Shown here: positions 11,136 to 21,043 of the stretch, in pieces
Position numbering within the stretch: the first letter of the stretch is position 1
How the letters are laid out: the number at the start of each line of letters is the position of its first letter
Source of the DNA: Bacilli bacterium
GTDB taxonomy: Bacteria > Bacillota_I > Bacilli_A > RF39 > UBA660
Assembly: GCA_017406955.1 (NCBI GenBank)
Contig: JAFQXM010000007.1
Span: 13,743-77,742, forward strand
Direction: 5' to 3'
Length of the DNA: 64,000 bases
The notes under the pieces: model-generated
Told to the model about the DNA's origin: nothing
The model's database searches: none
The model's input: the letters and a program-made list of their open reading frames with translations, nothing else
Program-made: the position numbers and the translations under genes

Positions 11136-13095
11136 TTAATATTTCAGCTTTAGTCATCTTAGAATAATTCTTTATTCTTTTCTCTTTAGCTATTTCTTTT
11201 AACTTAGTAATAGACATAGATTCATAATTATCACCATCTTCTTCTGGCATTTTACCATGTTCTACTAAATAATCAATTTGCTCTTTAGTTAATGTTTCAT
11301 ATTCTAATAATGTTTCAGCTATTAATTTTAATAAATCTTTATTTTTCTTAATTATTTCTGTAGCCTTGTCATGACAACTATTAATTATTTTTCTCATTTC
11401 CATATCTATTTCATTAGCTACTTCATTAGAAAAATGTTGACTCTTATTATAATCTCTTCCTAAGAAAACACTTCCTTCTTGTTGTTCAAATTGAAGAGGT
11501 CCTAAATCACTCATACCATATTCAGTAACCATACTTCTAACTATCTTAGTAGCTTTTTCAAAGTCATTATGAGCACCTGTGGTGATTTCTCCAAAAGTAA
11601 TCTCTTCTGCAGTACGTCCACCAAGAAGTCCTGTTACTTCTTCTAACAAGTCAGATTTAGTTGAACATAATTTTTCTTCGCTAGGTACCATCATATTATA
11701 TCCACCAGCGGCTCCTCTAGGAATAATTGTAACTTTTTGAACGTCGTTTGCACGAGCAAGTTTTAATCCTATTACAGCATGTCCTGCTTCGTGATATGCA
11801 ACTAATTTCCTATCGTTATCACTGTATTTGTGAGATGTTTTAGCGGGTCCCATTAATACACGATCTGTTGCTTCATCTATTTCACTCATAGTAATTACTT
11901 CTTTATTACGTCTAACTGCAAGTAATGCAGCCTCATTAAGTAAGTTCTCCAAATCTGCTCCACTAAATCCTGGAGTTCTCTTAGCTAAATGTTTAAGTGT
12001 TAATCCATCAGCAAACTTTTTATTCTTTGCATGAACTTTTAGTATTTCTTCTCTACCTTTTACATCAGGTAGACTAACAGTTACTTGTCTATCAAATCTT
12101 CCTGGACGTAAAAGTGCAGGATCTAAAACATCAGGTCTATTAGTAGCAGCAATTATAATAATTCCTTCATTTTCTCCAAAACCATCCATTTCAGTAAGTA
12201 ATTGGTTTAATGTTTGTTCTCTTTCATCATGACCTCCACCTAAACCAGTTCCTCTTTGTCTACCAACCGCATCAATTTCATCTATAAATATTAAACATGG
12301 TGCATTTCTTTTAGCTTGTTTAAACATATCTCTAACACGACTTGCTCCAACACCAACAAATAACTCTACAAAATCAGATCCACTAATAAAGTAGAAAGGA
12401 ACATTTGCTTCTCCCGCTACAGCTTTAGCAAGTAATGTTTTACCTGTACCTGGAGGTCCAACTAATAATACTCCTTTAGGTATTCTAGCTCCTAATTTTT
12501 GGAACTTCTTAGGTTTCTTTAAAAAATCAATTAATTCTGCAACTTCTTCTTTTTCTTCTTTTAATCCAGCAACATCTTTAAATGTTTTCTTCTTACCATC
12601 GCTATTTAACTTAGCCTTACTCTTACCAAAGTCTAATGAACTTTTATTTCCAGCCATTTGACGACTAAAGAAGAAAAAAGCTATTCCAATTATAATTAAA
12701 AACGGTAATACATTAACAACAATTGCTAAAAATGAAGAAGACTCTGGATCAGCTTTAGCAGTTAACTTAAATTCTTCGTTGTCACTAGCTTTAACAATCT
12801 TCTTCATTACTTGTTCAGATAAAGGTAATTTTGCAAAGAAAGTTTCATTCTTTTTATAACCTTCTAAACTACCTCTAACTTCATAAGTATAAGCAGATCC
12901 TCTAGCAGTTACTTCTAACTCCTTAATCTTACCTTTTTCTAACTTATCAACAAATTCATTATAAGTTAATACATTAACTTTATTATTCATAACACCAGCA
13001 AAATAGAATATACCAAGCATTATTATAATTATAAATAAATATGGTAATAATCCCTTTTGAACTGTTTTCTTATTCATATTATTTGCAGTATTCAT
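11119..13095 (-). CDS. ftsH: ATP-dependent zinc metalloprotease FtsH
   Basis: AAA Walker A GPPGTGKT; zinc motif HEAGHA; N-terminal TM segments. Confidence 0.95.
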   Translation of the reverse strand: MNTANNMNKKTVQKGLLPYLFIIIIMLGIFYFAGVMNNKVNVLTYNEFVDKLEKGKIKELEVTARGSAYTYEVRGSLEGYKKNETFFAKLPLSEQVMKKIVKASDNEEFKLTAKADPESSSFLAIVVNVLPFLIIIGIAFFFFSRQMAGNKSSLDFGKSKAKLNSDGKKKTFKDVAGLKEEKEEVAELIDFLKKPKKFQKLGARIPKGVLLVGPPGTGKTLLAKAVAGEANVPFYFISGSDFVELFVGVGASRVRDMFKQAKRNAPCLIFIDEIDAVGRQRGTGLGGGHDEREQTLNQLLTEMDGFGENEGIIIIAATNRPDVLDPALLRPGRFDRQVTVSLPDVKGREEILKVHAKNKKFADGLTLKHLAKRTPGFSGADLENLLNEAALLAVRRNKEVITMSEIDEATDRVLMGPAKTSHKYSDNDRKLVAYHEAGHAVIGLKLARANDVQKVTIIPRGAAGGYNMMVPSEEKLCSTKSDLLEEVTGLLGGRTAEEITFGEITTGAHNDFEKATKIVRSMVTEYGMSDLGPLQFEQQEGSVFLGRDYNKSQHFSNEVANEIDMEMRKIINSCHDKATEIIKKNKDLLKLIAETLLEYETLTKEQIDYLVEHGKMPEEDGDNYESMSITKLKEIAKEKRIKNYSKMTKAEILKELDK

Positions 13096-13104
13096 ATTTC
13101 CTCC

Positions 13105-14436
13105 TTAACTATACTTTAATATTATATCATAATTTTCATTCTTTTTTTTATCATATTTAGACTTTTTAAGTCCTGGCAACCAAACTATATTATCTTTAGA
13201 ATCCACTACTACAGGCCATATATCTCTATCTTTAACATCAACTTTATTATCGATAAATATATCCTTTATTTTTTTAGATCCATTTAATCCTTTAATATAC
13301 ATCTTATCTCCAAACTTCCTTGTTCTAACTATTAAAGGTAATACTATATCTTTACTATTAAGCCTACATATATTATTACTATTAGAATTTATATTATCTA
13401 CTTTTTTAATAACTTTACCATTTGGTAATTCTACATAATTATCAAATTCAATCTCATAACTAGTAATCTCATCACTAACCCTTTTTAATTCTAAATAATT
13501 ATAATTTTTATTAGCAACTACTTCATTAGGTAAATTAACAAATGAATTAGCTCTATTACTATATATCAAATTTAATAAAAGTTCAATATGTTTATCATTA
13601 ATTAAAATTAAATCATCTTGATAAAACTCGCCCATAATATAATATAATACTTCTTTTTGTAAAAATTTATCTATATTTATAAACTTATCTATATTTATCT
13701 TATTATTTTCTAATACTAAGAAAAGTGCTTCATCTCTTTTCTTTTCTATAAATCTGTCTGCATCACTAATAACATTACTAAATTTTAAAAACTTACTATG
13801 TATATTAGGATCTTCCTTTTTTAAGAAAGGTAACATATATTTACGATATCTATTTCGAGTATAAGTATCTTTACTATTAGAACTATCCACATAATATTTA
13901 ACTCCATTCAATAAATCATATTCTTCTAATTCGTTTTTAGTATAATCTAATAATGGTCTTACTATATCATAACCTTCCATATGAACAATTTTCTTAAAAC
14001 CACTGTAACCACTTAAATTAGATCCTCTACTTATTCTCATTAAAATAGTCTCTATTAAATCATCTCCATGATGTGCAGTCATTAAGTAATTAGCTTCATA
14101 CTTCCTAACTAACTCTTCAAAAAAATTATACCTAATATTTCTAGCTTCATTATGAAAATTGTCATCTCCATAATTTTTAATAGTCATAGATTCAAAAACT
14201 ATATTATTAGTCTTACAATAGTTTTCTAAATACTTTTCTTCCTCTACACTTTCTTTTCTTAAATTATGATTAATATGTGCAATTATTAAAGATAAATTGT
14301 ATTTATCTCTAACTTTTAATAACATATCTACTAACGCCATAGAATCAGGTCCACTAGAACAACCAATAACTATAACATCATTTTTATTTAATTTAATGCT
14401 ATCTTCTATAGATATCTTTTTCATATTATCACCCAC
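13105..14436 (-). CDS. tilS: tRNA(Ile)-lysidine synthetase
   Basis: PP-loop SSGPDSMAL; position directly upstream of ftsH (no hprT between). Confidence 0.85.
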   Translation of the reverse strand: MGDNMKKISIEDSIKLNKNDVIVIGCSSGPDSMALVDMLLKVRDKYNLSLIIAHINHNLRKESVEEEKYLENYCKTNNIVFESMTIKNYGDDNFHNEARNIRYNFFEELVRKYEANYLMTAHHGDDLIETILMRISRGSNLSGYSGFKKIVHMEGYDIVRPLLDYTKNELEEYDLLNGVKYYVDSSNSKDTYTRNRYRKYMLPFLKKEDPNIHSKFLKFSNVISDADRFIEKKRDEALFLVLENNKINIDKFINIDKFLQKEVLYYIMGEFYQDDLILINDKHIELLLNLIYSNRANSFVNLPNEVVANKNYNYLELKRVSDEITSYEIEFDNYVELPNGKVIKKVDNINSNSNNICRLNSKDIVLPLIVRTRKFGDKMYIKGLNGSKKIKDIFIDNKVDVKDRDIWPVVVDSKDNIVWLPGLKKSKYDKKKNENYDIILKYS

Positions 14437-14472
14437 ATCACCAAGTATTATAACACGTATAAAGCAAAAGAA

Positions 14473-14491
14473 AAAGTGATTAAATCACTTT
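14473..14491 (-). terminator. terminator after divIC
   Basis: Perfect palindrome AAAGTGATTAAATCACTTT. Confidence 0.45.
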
Positions 14492-14787
14492 TAGTTTTCT
14501 GGTAATTTTAGAATAATTTCTCCATCTTTAGAATATAAATACTTCTCTCTTGCATATCTCGCAATATAATCAGGATCCTGTAATTTTCCTGCATCTACTC
14601 TTAGTTGTGCTTCTTTTTCTTTTAACTTAACATATTTTTTATCTAATTCTTTTTTTTCTCTATATTTATCATATATTTCTAACCAAGATTTTCCTATAGT
14701 AAAAGTAGTAAACCCAATTATAGCTAAAGAAATTAATACTAAAGAAAACATTCTTTTTGTTTTTTTTGTTCTACGTCTTCTAGCCAT
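14491..14787 (-). CDS. divIC: septum formation initiator (DivIC/FtsB family)
   Basis: Basic N-terminus, single TM, coiled coil; follows yabP-yabQ as in Bacillus. Confidence 0.6.
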   Translation of the reverse strand: MARRRRTKKTKRMFSLVLISLAIIGFTTFTIGKSWLEIYDKYREKKELDKKYVKLKEKEAQLRVDAGKLQDPDYIARYAREKYLYSKDGEIILKLPEN

Positions 14788-14867
14788 AACAAATCACCAC
14801 CTATTATCTTAAATTATAAAGCCAAAATAGGTATATATTCAATAAAATTTTAATTTTTTACTAAACT

Positions 14868-15158
14868 TTACATAAATTTAACTTTAATATCTCTAAATTT
14901 CTTACCAAAAGGAAAACCAATATAAAAACCTATTAGTATTAACAACAAGAAATATATATGAATAATTCCATTATTTATAATATTTAATATAAAGAAATAA
15001 ATTAAAGCCATAACAATAACAAAAGTAAACGTAAATATTATTCTAAATATTTTTCTTCTATTAAATAAAAAATTATAATTAATATTAACTAACAAGGAAA
15101 AGACTACTCCATAAAAAAAAGAAAAAATTAAAGATAATACTTGTAATTTTAAATTCAT
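14868..15158 (-). CDS. yabQ: spore cortex biosynthesis membrane protein YabQ
   Basis: Small polytopic membrane protein in the yabP-yabQ-divIC position. Confidence 0.5.
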   Translation of the reverse strand: MNLKLQVLSLIFSFFYGVVFSLLVNINYNFLFNRRKIFRIIFTFTFVIVMALIYFFILNIINNGIIHIYFLLLILIGFYIGFPFGKKFRDIKVKFM

Positions 15159-15445
15159 TATTTAAATAACCTATTAAATATACTACTTTCTTTATCTTTT
15201 TTACCTTCTTCTGCGTAAGTAAAACCATTGATTGTACCCTTTATAGAAACATTTCCTTGTAAAGTATCTAATTTAACTAACTCTAAACCTTCTCCTTTTA
15301 TTATAATAAACCCCATAACAGTCTCAAGTAAAAATTGTTCACTATCAAAATTTTCTATTTTTTTTACTCCAGTAATAACTAAATTCTTCCTATCAAGTAA
15401 TGTAATTCCATGATTATAACTACTAATAGTATCTTGTTTATTCAT
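15158..15445 (-). CDS. yabP: sporulation protein YabP
   Basis: FLLETVMGFIIIKGEGLEL matches the YabP core FLLETVMGFLSVKGEGL. Confidence 0.75.
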   Translation of the reverse strand: MNKQDTISSYNHGITLLDRKNLVITGVKKIENFDSEQFLLETVMGFIIIKGEGLELVKLDTLQGNVSIKGTINGFTYAEEGKKDKESSIFNRLFK

Positions 15446-15498
15446 ATTATCCTCCCACCAAAGTATATGTAAAGAATTTTATTTTAGAACAAAAAAAA

Positions 15499-15514
15499 GA
15501 TGCTTATGCATCTA
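15499..15514 (-). terminator. terminator at spoVG 3' end
   Basis: AGATGC-TTAT-GCATCT hairpin with an A8 run on the plus strand. Confidence 0.5.
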
Positions 15515-15793
15515 TTCTTCTGTTTTCTCTTCTGGGTCTTCGGCATTCTTATAAGCATCTAGTATTGCTTCTTCAAACATAGCTCTAACTTCTGAATTAA
15601 TTGGATGTGCTATATCTCTATAATCTCCACTAGCAGTTTTTCTACTAGGCATTGCGATAAATAGTCCATCTTCTCCTTCAATTACTCGAATATCATGAAC
15701 TGCAAAGCTATCATCAAGTAAAACTGATGCGATTCCTTTCATACGAGATCCTTCTTTTTCAATCTTACGAACCTTAACAGATGTTATCTTCAT
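15512..15793 (-). CDS. spoVG: septation/sporulation protein SpoVG
   Basis: IASVLLDDSFAVHDIRVIEGEDGLFIAMPSRKT...DIAHPIN motifs diagnostic of SpoVG. Confidence 0.9.
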   Translation of the reverse strand: MKITSVKVRKIEKEGSRMKGIASVLLDDSFAVHDIRVIEGEDGLFIAMPSRKTASGDYRDIAHPINSEVRAMFEEAILDAYKNAEDPEEKTEE

Positions 15794-15886
15794 GTAATAT
15801 TCCTCCCTCTTAAAGTATAAAACTTTATATAGTTATTTTATACTAAAAAGCAAAAAAAAGCAATAAAATTAAATAAATATGCTTTT

Positions 15887-16099
15887 TTAATCAATAATTT
15901 TTAAATTTCCTATCAGAATATCACTATAACTGTATGATTTTATACTATTATCTTCTAATTTAATAGTAAATATAACTGGATACGTTTCATTTATAGTACC
16001 TATAAATTCATCTATTTGATTTCTTGTACCTTTATAGATAAATTTTTTCTTTTTATTTTTATTTTCTAATACTATTTTCTTAACTTTATCTATTGTCAT
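15887..16099 (-). CDS. veg: Veg (DUF1021) biofilm/sporulation-associated protein
   Basis: 70 aa; ETYPVIFTIKL...SYSYSDIL resembles the Veg core; position between yabG and spoVG. Confidence 0.7.
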   Translation of the reverse strand: MTIDKVKKIVLENKNKKKKFIYKGTRNQIDEFIGTINETYPVIFTIKLEDNSIKSYSYSDILIGNLKIID

Positions 16100-16872
16100 C
16101 TAGGATACCCCACATACATAGTACCATTAGTAATTATTCCTCCTATACCATCACTACCATACTTAGTTTTTTCTATTAGTTTTATTAAATCTATACTTTT
16201 ACTTTTATCGGAAAAAGCTAAGGATGTGGCAATAATTGCGGGATCTAAGGCATGTATGTTTATTCTTTTTGGACTTGATGCAAAATTAGCTCCTGCTTTT
16301 ATCAATTCTTCATAATTAGATTGGCAAGCTCCTGCGATTATAATTAATTTATCTTGGCTTTTTTCATATTTGCGAGCCTTTTTTACTGCTTCCACAAAAT
16401 TAAATGAATTTTGATATTCTGTAGTATCTACTTTTCTTTTTTTATAATAAGCATCATGTCCTGTAATCACTAATATATCTGGTTTATATTCATTTAACAA
16501 TTCTGGTATTTTATCACTCATTAAATCTTCTGAAATAGTTATTCCATTAGCTTTTACATTCATTTCCTTATAAAAATTCATACATCTTTCTAAATAATCT
16601 GAATCCCCATCTATATGTAATATACTACCTGGTAAATAAAAATATTTGCTTCTATCCATAACTATATCTCTTATATTTTCTTCTACGATTACTTGATCAT
16701 TATTTTTCTTAGAATTATCCGCTTTTTCTAGATCTTTAACCAAACTATCTGCATAAAGTCTTAAGTCTACACCCTTTAAAATAGCTATACTATCATCTAT
16801 AGATATTATTTTGAATAAAATATCATTATTATGAGACTTCCTAGTAACTAAATCTCCTATATTAAAATCCAT
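16096..16872 (-). CDS. yabG: sporulation-specific protease YabG (peptidase U57)
   Basis: N-terminus FNIGDLVTRKSHNNDILFKII parallels B. subtilis YabG FQIGDMVARKSYQMDVLFRII. Confidence 0.75.
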   Translation of the reverse strand: MDFNIGDLVTRKSHNNDILFKIISIDDSIAILKGVDLRLYADSLVKDLEKADNSKKNNDQVIVEENIRDIVMDRSKYFYLPGSILHIDGDSDYLERCMNFYKEMNVKANGITISEDLMSDKIPELLNEYKPDILVITGHDAYYKKRKVDTTEYQNSFNFVEAVKKARKYEKSQDKLIIIAGACQSNYEELIKAGANFASSPKRINIHALDPAIIATSLAFSDKSKSIDLIKLIEKTKYGSDGIGGIITNGTMYVGYPR

Positions 16873-16917
16873 ATATCATCTCCATTTAATTATATGTAAA
16901 AAAAAATGAGTTATGCT

Positions 16918-17715
16918 TTAACATAACTCATTACTAAGTTCTATAAATATAGAGTAATCTAATTGTTCAGCTCTTACTGATAAATCATAATTATACTTTT
17001 CTAATACCCTTAATACTTCATCTAAATTATATTTTTTTAAATTATTCTTTATATTTTTTCTTTTAAACTGAAAACTATCTCTTACTATCTTTTTAAAATA
17101 TTCTTTATCTTTTAAATATAATTTATCTTTTTTCTCTTTTAAAGATATTACTTCACTATCTACATTAGGTTTTGGTATAAATTCTTCTCTTGATACAAAA
17201 AATTCTTTTTTTATATCATAATAATAATTTAGCAATACTGTTATTGATCCATACTCTCTGTTACCTGGTAATGAAGACAATCTATCTGCAACCTCTTTTT
17301 GAACCATAATAGTTATTTTCTTAAAATTAATATTGCTGTCTGTTAATTTATTAATTATTGGTGTTGTTATATAATATGGAACATTACTAATGAAATATAT
17401 ATTATCATATTGTTCTTTTTCTATATCTTTTTTAATATTAGACTTTAAAAAATCTTGATATAAAACTTCTACATTAGAAAAATCAGATAATTTATTATCT
17501 AATTCATTTTTTAAATCTTCATCTATTTCATAAGATAATACTTTTTTCGCTAACTTAGCTAATTCTTTTGTGGGAATACCTCCACCTGGGCCTACTTCAA
17601 TAACTAAATCTTTTTTAGTTATTTTACAAGTATTTACTATTTTTTCTATAGTAGATTTGTCTTTTAAAAAGTTTTGTCCAAATTTCTTTTTGAATTTTAC
17701 ATTGTATTCTTCCAT
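16918..17715 (-). CDS. rsmA: 16S rRNA (adenine1518/1519-N6)-dimethyltransferase
   Basis: KKFGQNFL and EVGPGGGIPT SAM-binding motifs. Confidence 0.85.
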   Translation of the reverse strand: MEEYNVKFKKKFGQNFLKDKSTIEKIVNTCKITKKDLVIEVGPGGGIPTKELAKLAKKVLSYEIDEDLKNELDNKLSDFSNVEVLYQDFLKSNIKKDIEKEQYDNIYFISNVPYYITTPIINKLTDSNINFKKITIMVQKEVADRLSSLPGNREYGSITVLLNYYYDIKKEFFVSREEFIPKPNVDSEVISLKEKKDKLYLKDKEYFKKIVRDSFQFKRKNIKNNLKKYNLDEVLRVLEKYNYDLSVRAEQLDYSIFIELSNELC

Positions 17716-17725
17716 ATAATCTCCA

Positions 17726-18373
17726 TTATATTATTTCTAATTCTTCTTCTACTTCTTCTTTTTTATCATTATCATTAATATGTACTAATAATTTATAAAC
17801 GTCATAAATAATTATTACTGCCGCTGGAATTATAATAATTAATAACCAATATATGTTATTAGATAATACATTTCTAATATGTCCTACTTTAGGTATCATT
17901 AAAAATACTCTTCCGTATATATCTTCTTCTTTTACTAAATAAGAATCTTCAGAACTATTTGCATCTCCCTTAGTTCTAAAGTAAAATTTATTATAATCAG
18001 TTTTTTCTATACCTATAATTCTATGAGTAATTACTAATCCATTATATCTTTGATCATGAGTTTGAAATGTTATTATATCTCCTTGTTTTAATTTATTAGG
18101 TTTTTCTCGTTTAATAACAACTCCATCTTCTATTTTTATATTAGGAATCATACTACCACTAACTATAACATAAGCATTAAACAACGTTGGTCTATTATCT
18201 TTTTCGTTTATATTATGTAGTAAATTACCAAAATATAAACAAAATAAAGCATACATAATTGCGAATAATACAATTACTACATATAAAAAGATTTTAGTAA
18301 TAAAATGGCCTAAAAACTTTATTTTTTCTATAGTTGTCATACTAACATTAGTATTATTAAGTTCTGTATCCAT
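17726..18373 (-). CDS. sipW: SipW-type (archaeal/ER-type, S26B) signal peptidase I
   Basis: VSGSMIPNI (SGSMEP-like catalytic Ser) and TKGDANSSEDSYLVKEEDIYG (SipW TKGDAN box); N- and C-terminal TM segments. Confidence 0.75.
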   Translation of the reverse strand: MDTELNNTNVSMTTIEKIKFLGHFITKIFLYVVIVLFAIMYALFCLYFGNLLHNINEKDNRPTLFNAYVIVSGSMIPNIKIEDGVVIKREKPNKLKQGDIITFQTHDQRYNGLVITHRIIGIEKTDYNKFYFRTKGDANSSEDSYLVKEEDIYGRVFLMIPKVGHIRNVLSNNIYWLLIIIIPAAVIIIYDVYKLLVHINDNDKKEEVEEELEII

Positions 18374-18443
18374 TTTACCCCTCCTATCTATATTACAATA
18401 ATATCACTTTATTTTTTAAAAAACTACAAATTAATATAAAAAA

Positions 18444-18462
18444 AGAACTACTTTACAGTTCT
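18444..18462 (-). terminator. terminator after 197-aa paralog gene
   Basis: AGAACT...AGTTCT hairpin with an A7 run on the plus strand. Confidence 0.45.
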
Positions 18463-19055
18463 TATTTTACTTTACCATGTATTTTTGTAGAAATATGACA
18501 CTTTGTATTATCATTAACCTCAGTACCTTCTTTTATCCATACTTTTAATCTATATTTTTCTATTGCGTCTTTAGAATAACTACCATTAAATAATATCATT
18601 GATCCTTTAGGTGTCCCTAACTTACTTTTTTTCTTTATAGATTTAAAGCTTTTAGGATCAAATATCTTAATATAAGTTCCTTCGTTTTCTCTTTCTAAAT
18701 AAATTCTTAAATCGTTATCGTTGATATTACACTTAGAATCTTTTTCTACAACCACTTCATAAACAACCGTTTGTTTATCAGTTATTTTAGACTCCACATT
18801 AAAATTAAAATATCTACTTATATCCTTCTCTTTTTTACCATCTTCATCATTTTTAACAAAGTTTTTATCAACATCTATACCATTATTCTTATTGGAATAA
18901 GTTATATACATCATTTCTGTAATTTTTTTACCTTTAATCACTTTTTTACTTGCCTTATATTTTATAAATACAAAAGCTAATGTAAAAAACAATATAGAGG
19001 TAATAACTATTAATATTATTATAAATGTTTTATTTGTAACACCCTTTTTATCCAT
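18462..19055 (-). CDS. hypothetical membrane-anchored protein, paralog B of tandem pair
   Basis: N-terminal signal-anchor; shares YIT..GKKEK..YEVVV..RIYL..KVWI blocks with the adjacent 180-aa protein. Confidence 0.5.
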   Translation of the reverse strand: MDKKGVTNKTFIIILIVITSILFFTLAFVFIKYKASKKVIKGKKITEMMYITYSNKNNGIDVDKNFVKNDEDGKKEKDISRYFNFNVESKITDKQTVVYEVVVEKDSKCNINDNDLRIYLERENEGTYIKIFDPKSFKSIKKKSKLGTPKGSMILFNGSYSKDAIEKYRLKVWIKEGTEVNDNTKCHISTKIHGKVK

Positions 19056-19066
19056 ATTAATCCTCC

Positions 19067-19609
19067 TTAATTTAGTATATTTACACCTATCATTATTTCG
19101 AAATTTTTAGTTTCATTATTAATTGTATATGTATCAGCTAACCACATTTTATATTTAATATTAACTATATTACTTTTTTTAATAGTCCCAATATATATCT
19201 GTTTTGCATCTATATCTTTACTTGAACCTAATAGTTTATTAAAACTAATTGGCTTGCTTATTAATGGTTTTTGAGTATTGTTTTCCACCAAGTATACTCT
19301 TATATATTTATCATTAATAGAATTAGCTGAATTAATTTGCTTTACAAATATTTCATATTTAACTTTATCACTATTTAATTTATCTCCATTAACTTTAAAA
19401 TTAATAGAATAATCTTTAGATTTTTCTTTTTTACCTATTTCATCACTTAATGGAATAGAATTATTTATTTTTAATTTAGTATCACCAGTTATATATAAAT
19501 AATCTTTTTTATTAATTTTTTTCTTAGTAGTTAATAAAAATATTATACTAACAATCATTAATATAACCATAAAAATTATAAAAATTTCTCTATAATTATA
19601 TTTTTTCAT
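19067..19609 (-). CDS. hypothetical membrane-anchored protein, paralog A of tandem pair
   Basis: N-terminal signal-anchor IFIIFMVILMIVSIIFLL; about 25-30% identity blocks with paralog B. Confidence 0.5.
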   Translation of the reverse strand: MKKYNYREIFIIFMVILMIVSIIFLLTTKKKINKKDYLYITGDTKLKINNSIPLSDEIGKKEKSKDYSINFKVNGDKLNSDKVKYEIFVKQINSANSINDKYIRVYLVENNTQKPLISKPISFNKLLGSSKDIDAKQIYIGTIKKSNIVNIKYKMWLADTYTINNETKNFEIMIGVNILN

Positions 19610-19621
19610 ATATTACCCCTT

Positions 19622-20221
19622 TTAAAATCCCCATCTAACTATATCAAATTTAATATTATTTTGAGTTCTAAATCCACCCATATTTTTTTGTGTTTCAAAA
19701 AGTAAATCCAAGTGACTTCCTTTAATTGCACCTCCACGATCTAAGACAATAGCCATAACTGGTTCTGAATAAATACTAACATTATTAACCCTAATTATAC
19801 TACCACAAGGTATTCTCTTATCTGCCGCTAAAATTCGAATTTTTCCATATTTTGAATCATTATAATAAATATTACCATTCTTTACGTTTTGTGAAGGTTT
19901 GCATGCAGTATGTCCACCACAACCTTTACAATCAGGTCCATATCCAGTAAGTTTACCCAAAAAGGCAGATTCACCACCACCAACATTAACGACTGCTTCA
20001 TCAAAAGAATTATATACCTTTTGTTCGCTAGTTTCTGCTTTTCTCATCAAAGTATATGAATTAGATATATTAGCTACTGGAATCGATTTTATATTATTAA
20101 TATTACTTACTGTAGCCTTATCATGTTTAGCGCCAGAGGCTATTATAAATAAGAATATAAAAACTACTCCTAAATAACAACAGTATTTAAAATATTTAGA
20201 TAAATATTTCATCTTAAACAC
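19622..20221 (-). CDS. 3D-domain (MltA-like DPBB) cell-wall protein, YabE/YuiC-like
   Basis: Signal peptide/TM; C-terminal VLDRGGAIKGSHLDLLFET 3D-domain signature. Confidence 0.6.
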   Translation of the reverse strand: MFKMKYLSKYFKYCCYLGVVFIFLFIIASGAKHDKATVSNINNIKSIPVANISNSYTLMRKAETSEQKVYNSFDEAVVNVGGGESAFLGKLTGYGPDCKGCGGHTACKPSQNVKNGNIYYNDSKYGKIRILAADKRIPCGSIIRVNNVSIYSEPVMAIVLDRGGAIKGSHLDLLFETQKNMGGFRTQNNIKFDIVRWGF

Positions 20222-20252
20222 CTCTATTATTAATTAAAGAGTAGCATACTAA

Positions 20253-20996
20253 TTATTTTAAGTCAAATAATTTAGAAGCATTATTAGTAGTAATTTTTTC
20301 TACTATTTCTATATCTATTTTCTTAACTTCACTTATCTTTTTAGCTATCACAGGAATATATTTAGAACTATTCTTTTTGCCCCTATCAGGTTCTGGAGTT
20401 AAATATGGACTATCTGTTTCCAACACAATATTTTCTAAAGAAACTTTCTCTACTACTCTATATAAATTACTATTTTTAAAAGTTACTACTCCTCCTATAC
20501 CTAATAAATATCCCATTTTGATATATTCTTTTGCAGTTTCTAAACTTCCACTAAAACAATGAATTACTCCTTTTAAATTATATTCTTTTAATATATTAAT
20601 AGTATCTAAAGTTGCATCTCTACTATGAATAACTACTGGTATATTTAAAGATTTCGCAATATCTAATTGCTTTCTAAATAAAGTTTTTTGTTTTTCTTTT
20701 TTCTCTTTTCCATAGTGATAATCTAGACCTATTTCTCCTAAACCAACTACTTTAGAATTTTTTAAAGCTTCTTTTAAATAATCTAAATCATAATTATCTA
20801 CTTCTGATGGATGAAATCCTAAAGTCAAATAAACACTAGGATATTTTTTAGACAAAGAAATACTTTCTTCAATAGATTTTCTATCACATCCAGATACTAT
20901 TATTTTGGATACATTATTCTCTATATTATCTTTTATTACTATATCTATATCATCATAATCTTCACTACTTAAATGACAATGAGTATCTATATACAT
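20253..20996 (-). CDS. tatD: TatD-family metal-dependent DNase/hydrolase
   Basis: MYIDTHCHL start and conserved His/Asp/Glu metal ligands. Track ORF has a 9-aa upstream extension. Confidence 0.85.
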   Translation of the reverse strand: MYIDTHCHLSSEDYDDIDIVIKDNIENNVSKIIVSGCDRKSIEESISLSKKYPSVYLTLGFHPSEVDNYDLDYLKEALKNSKVVGLGEIGLDYHYGKEKKEKQKTLFRKQLDIAKSLNIPVVIHSRDATLDTINILKEYNLKGVIHCFSGSLETAKEYIKMGYLLGIGGVVTFKNSNLYRVVEKVSLENIVLETDSPYLTPEPDRGKKNSSKYIPVIAKKISEVKKIDIEIVEKITTNNASKLFDLK

Positions 20997-21043
20997 ATTA
21001 TCCCTCCAAAATAAAAATACCACATAAATGGTATTTTTACTAC

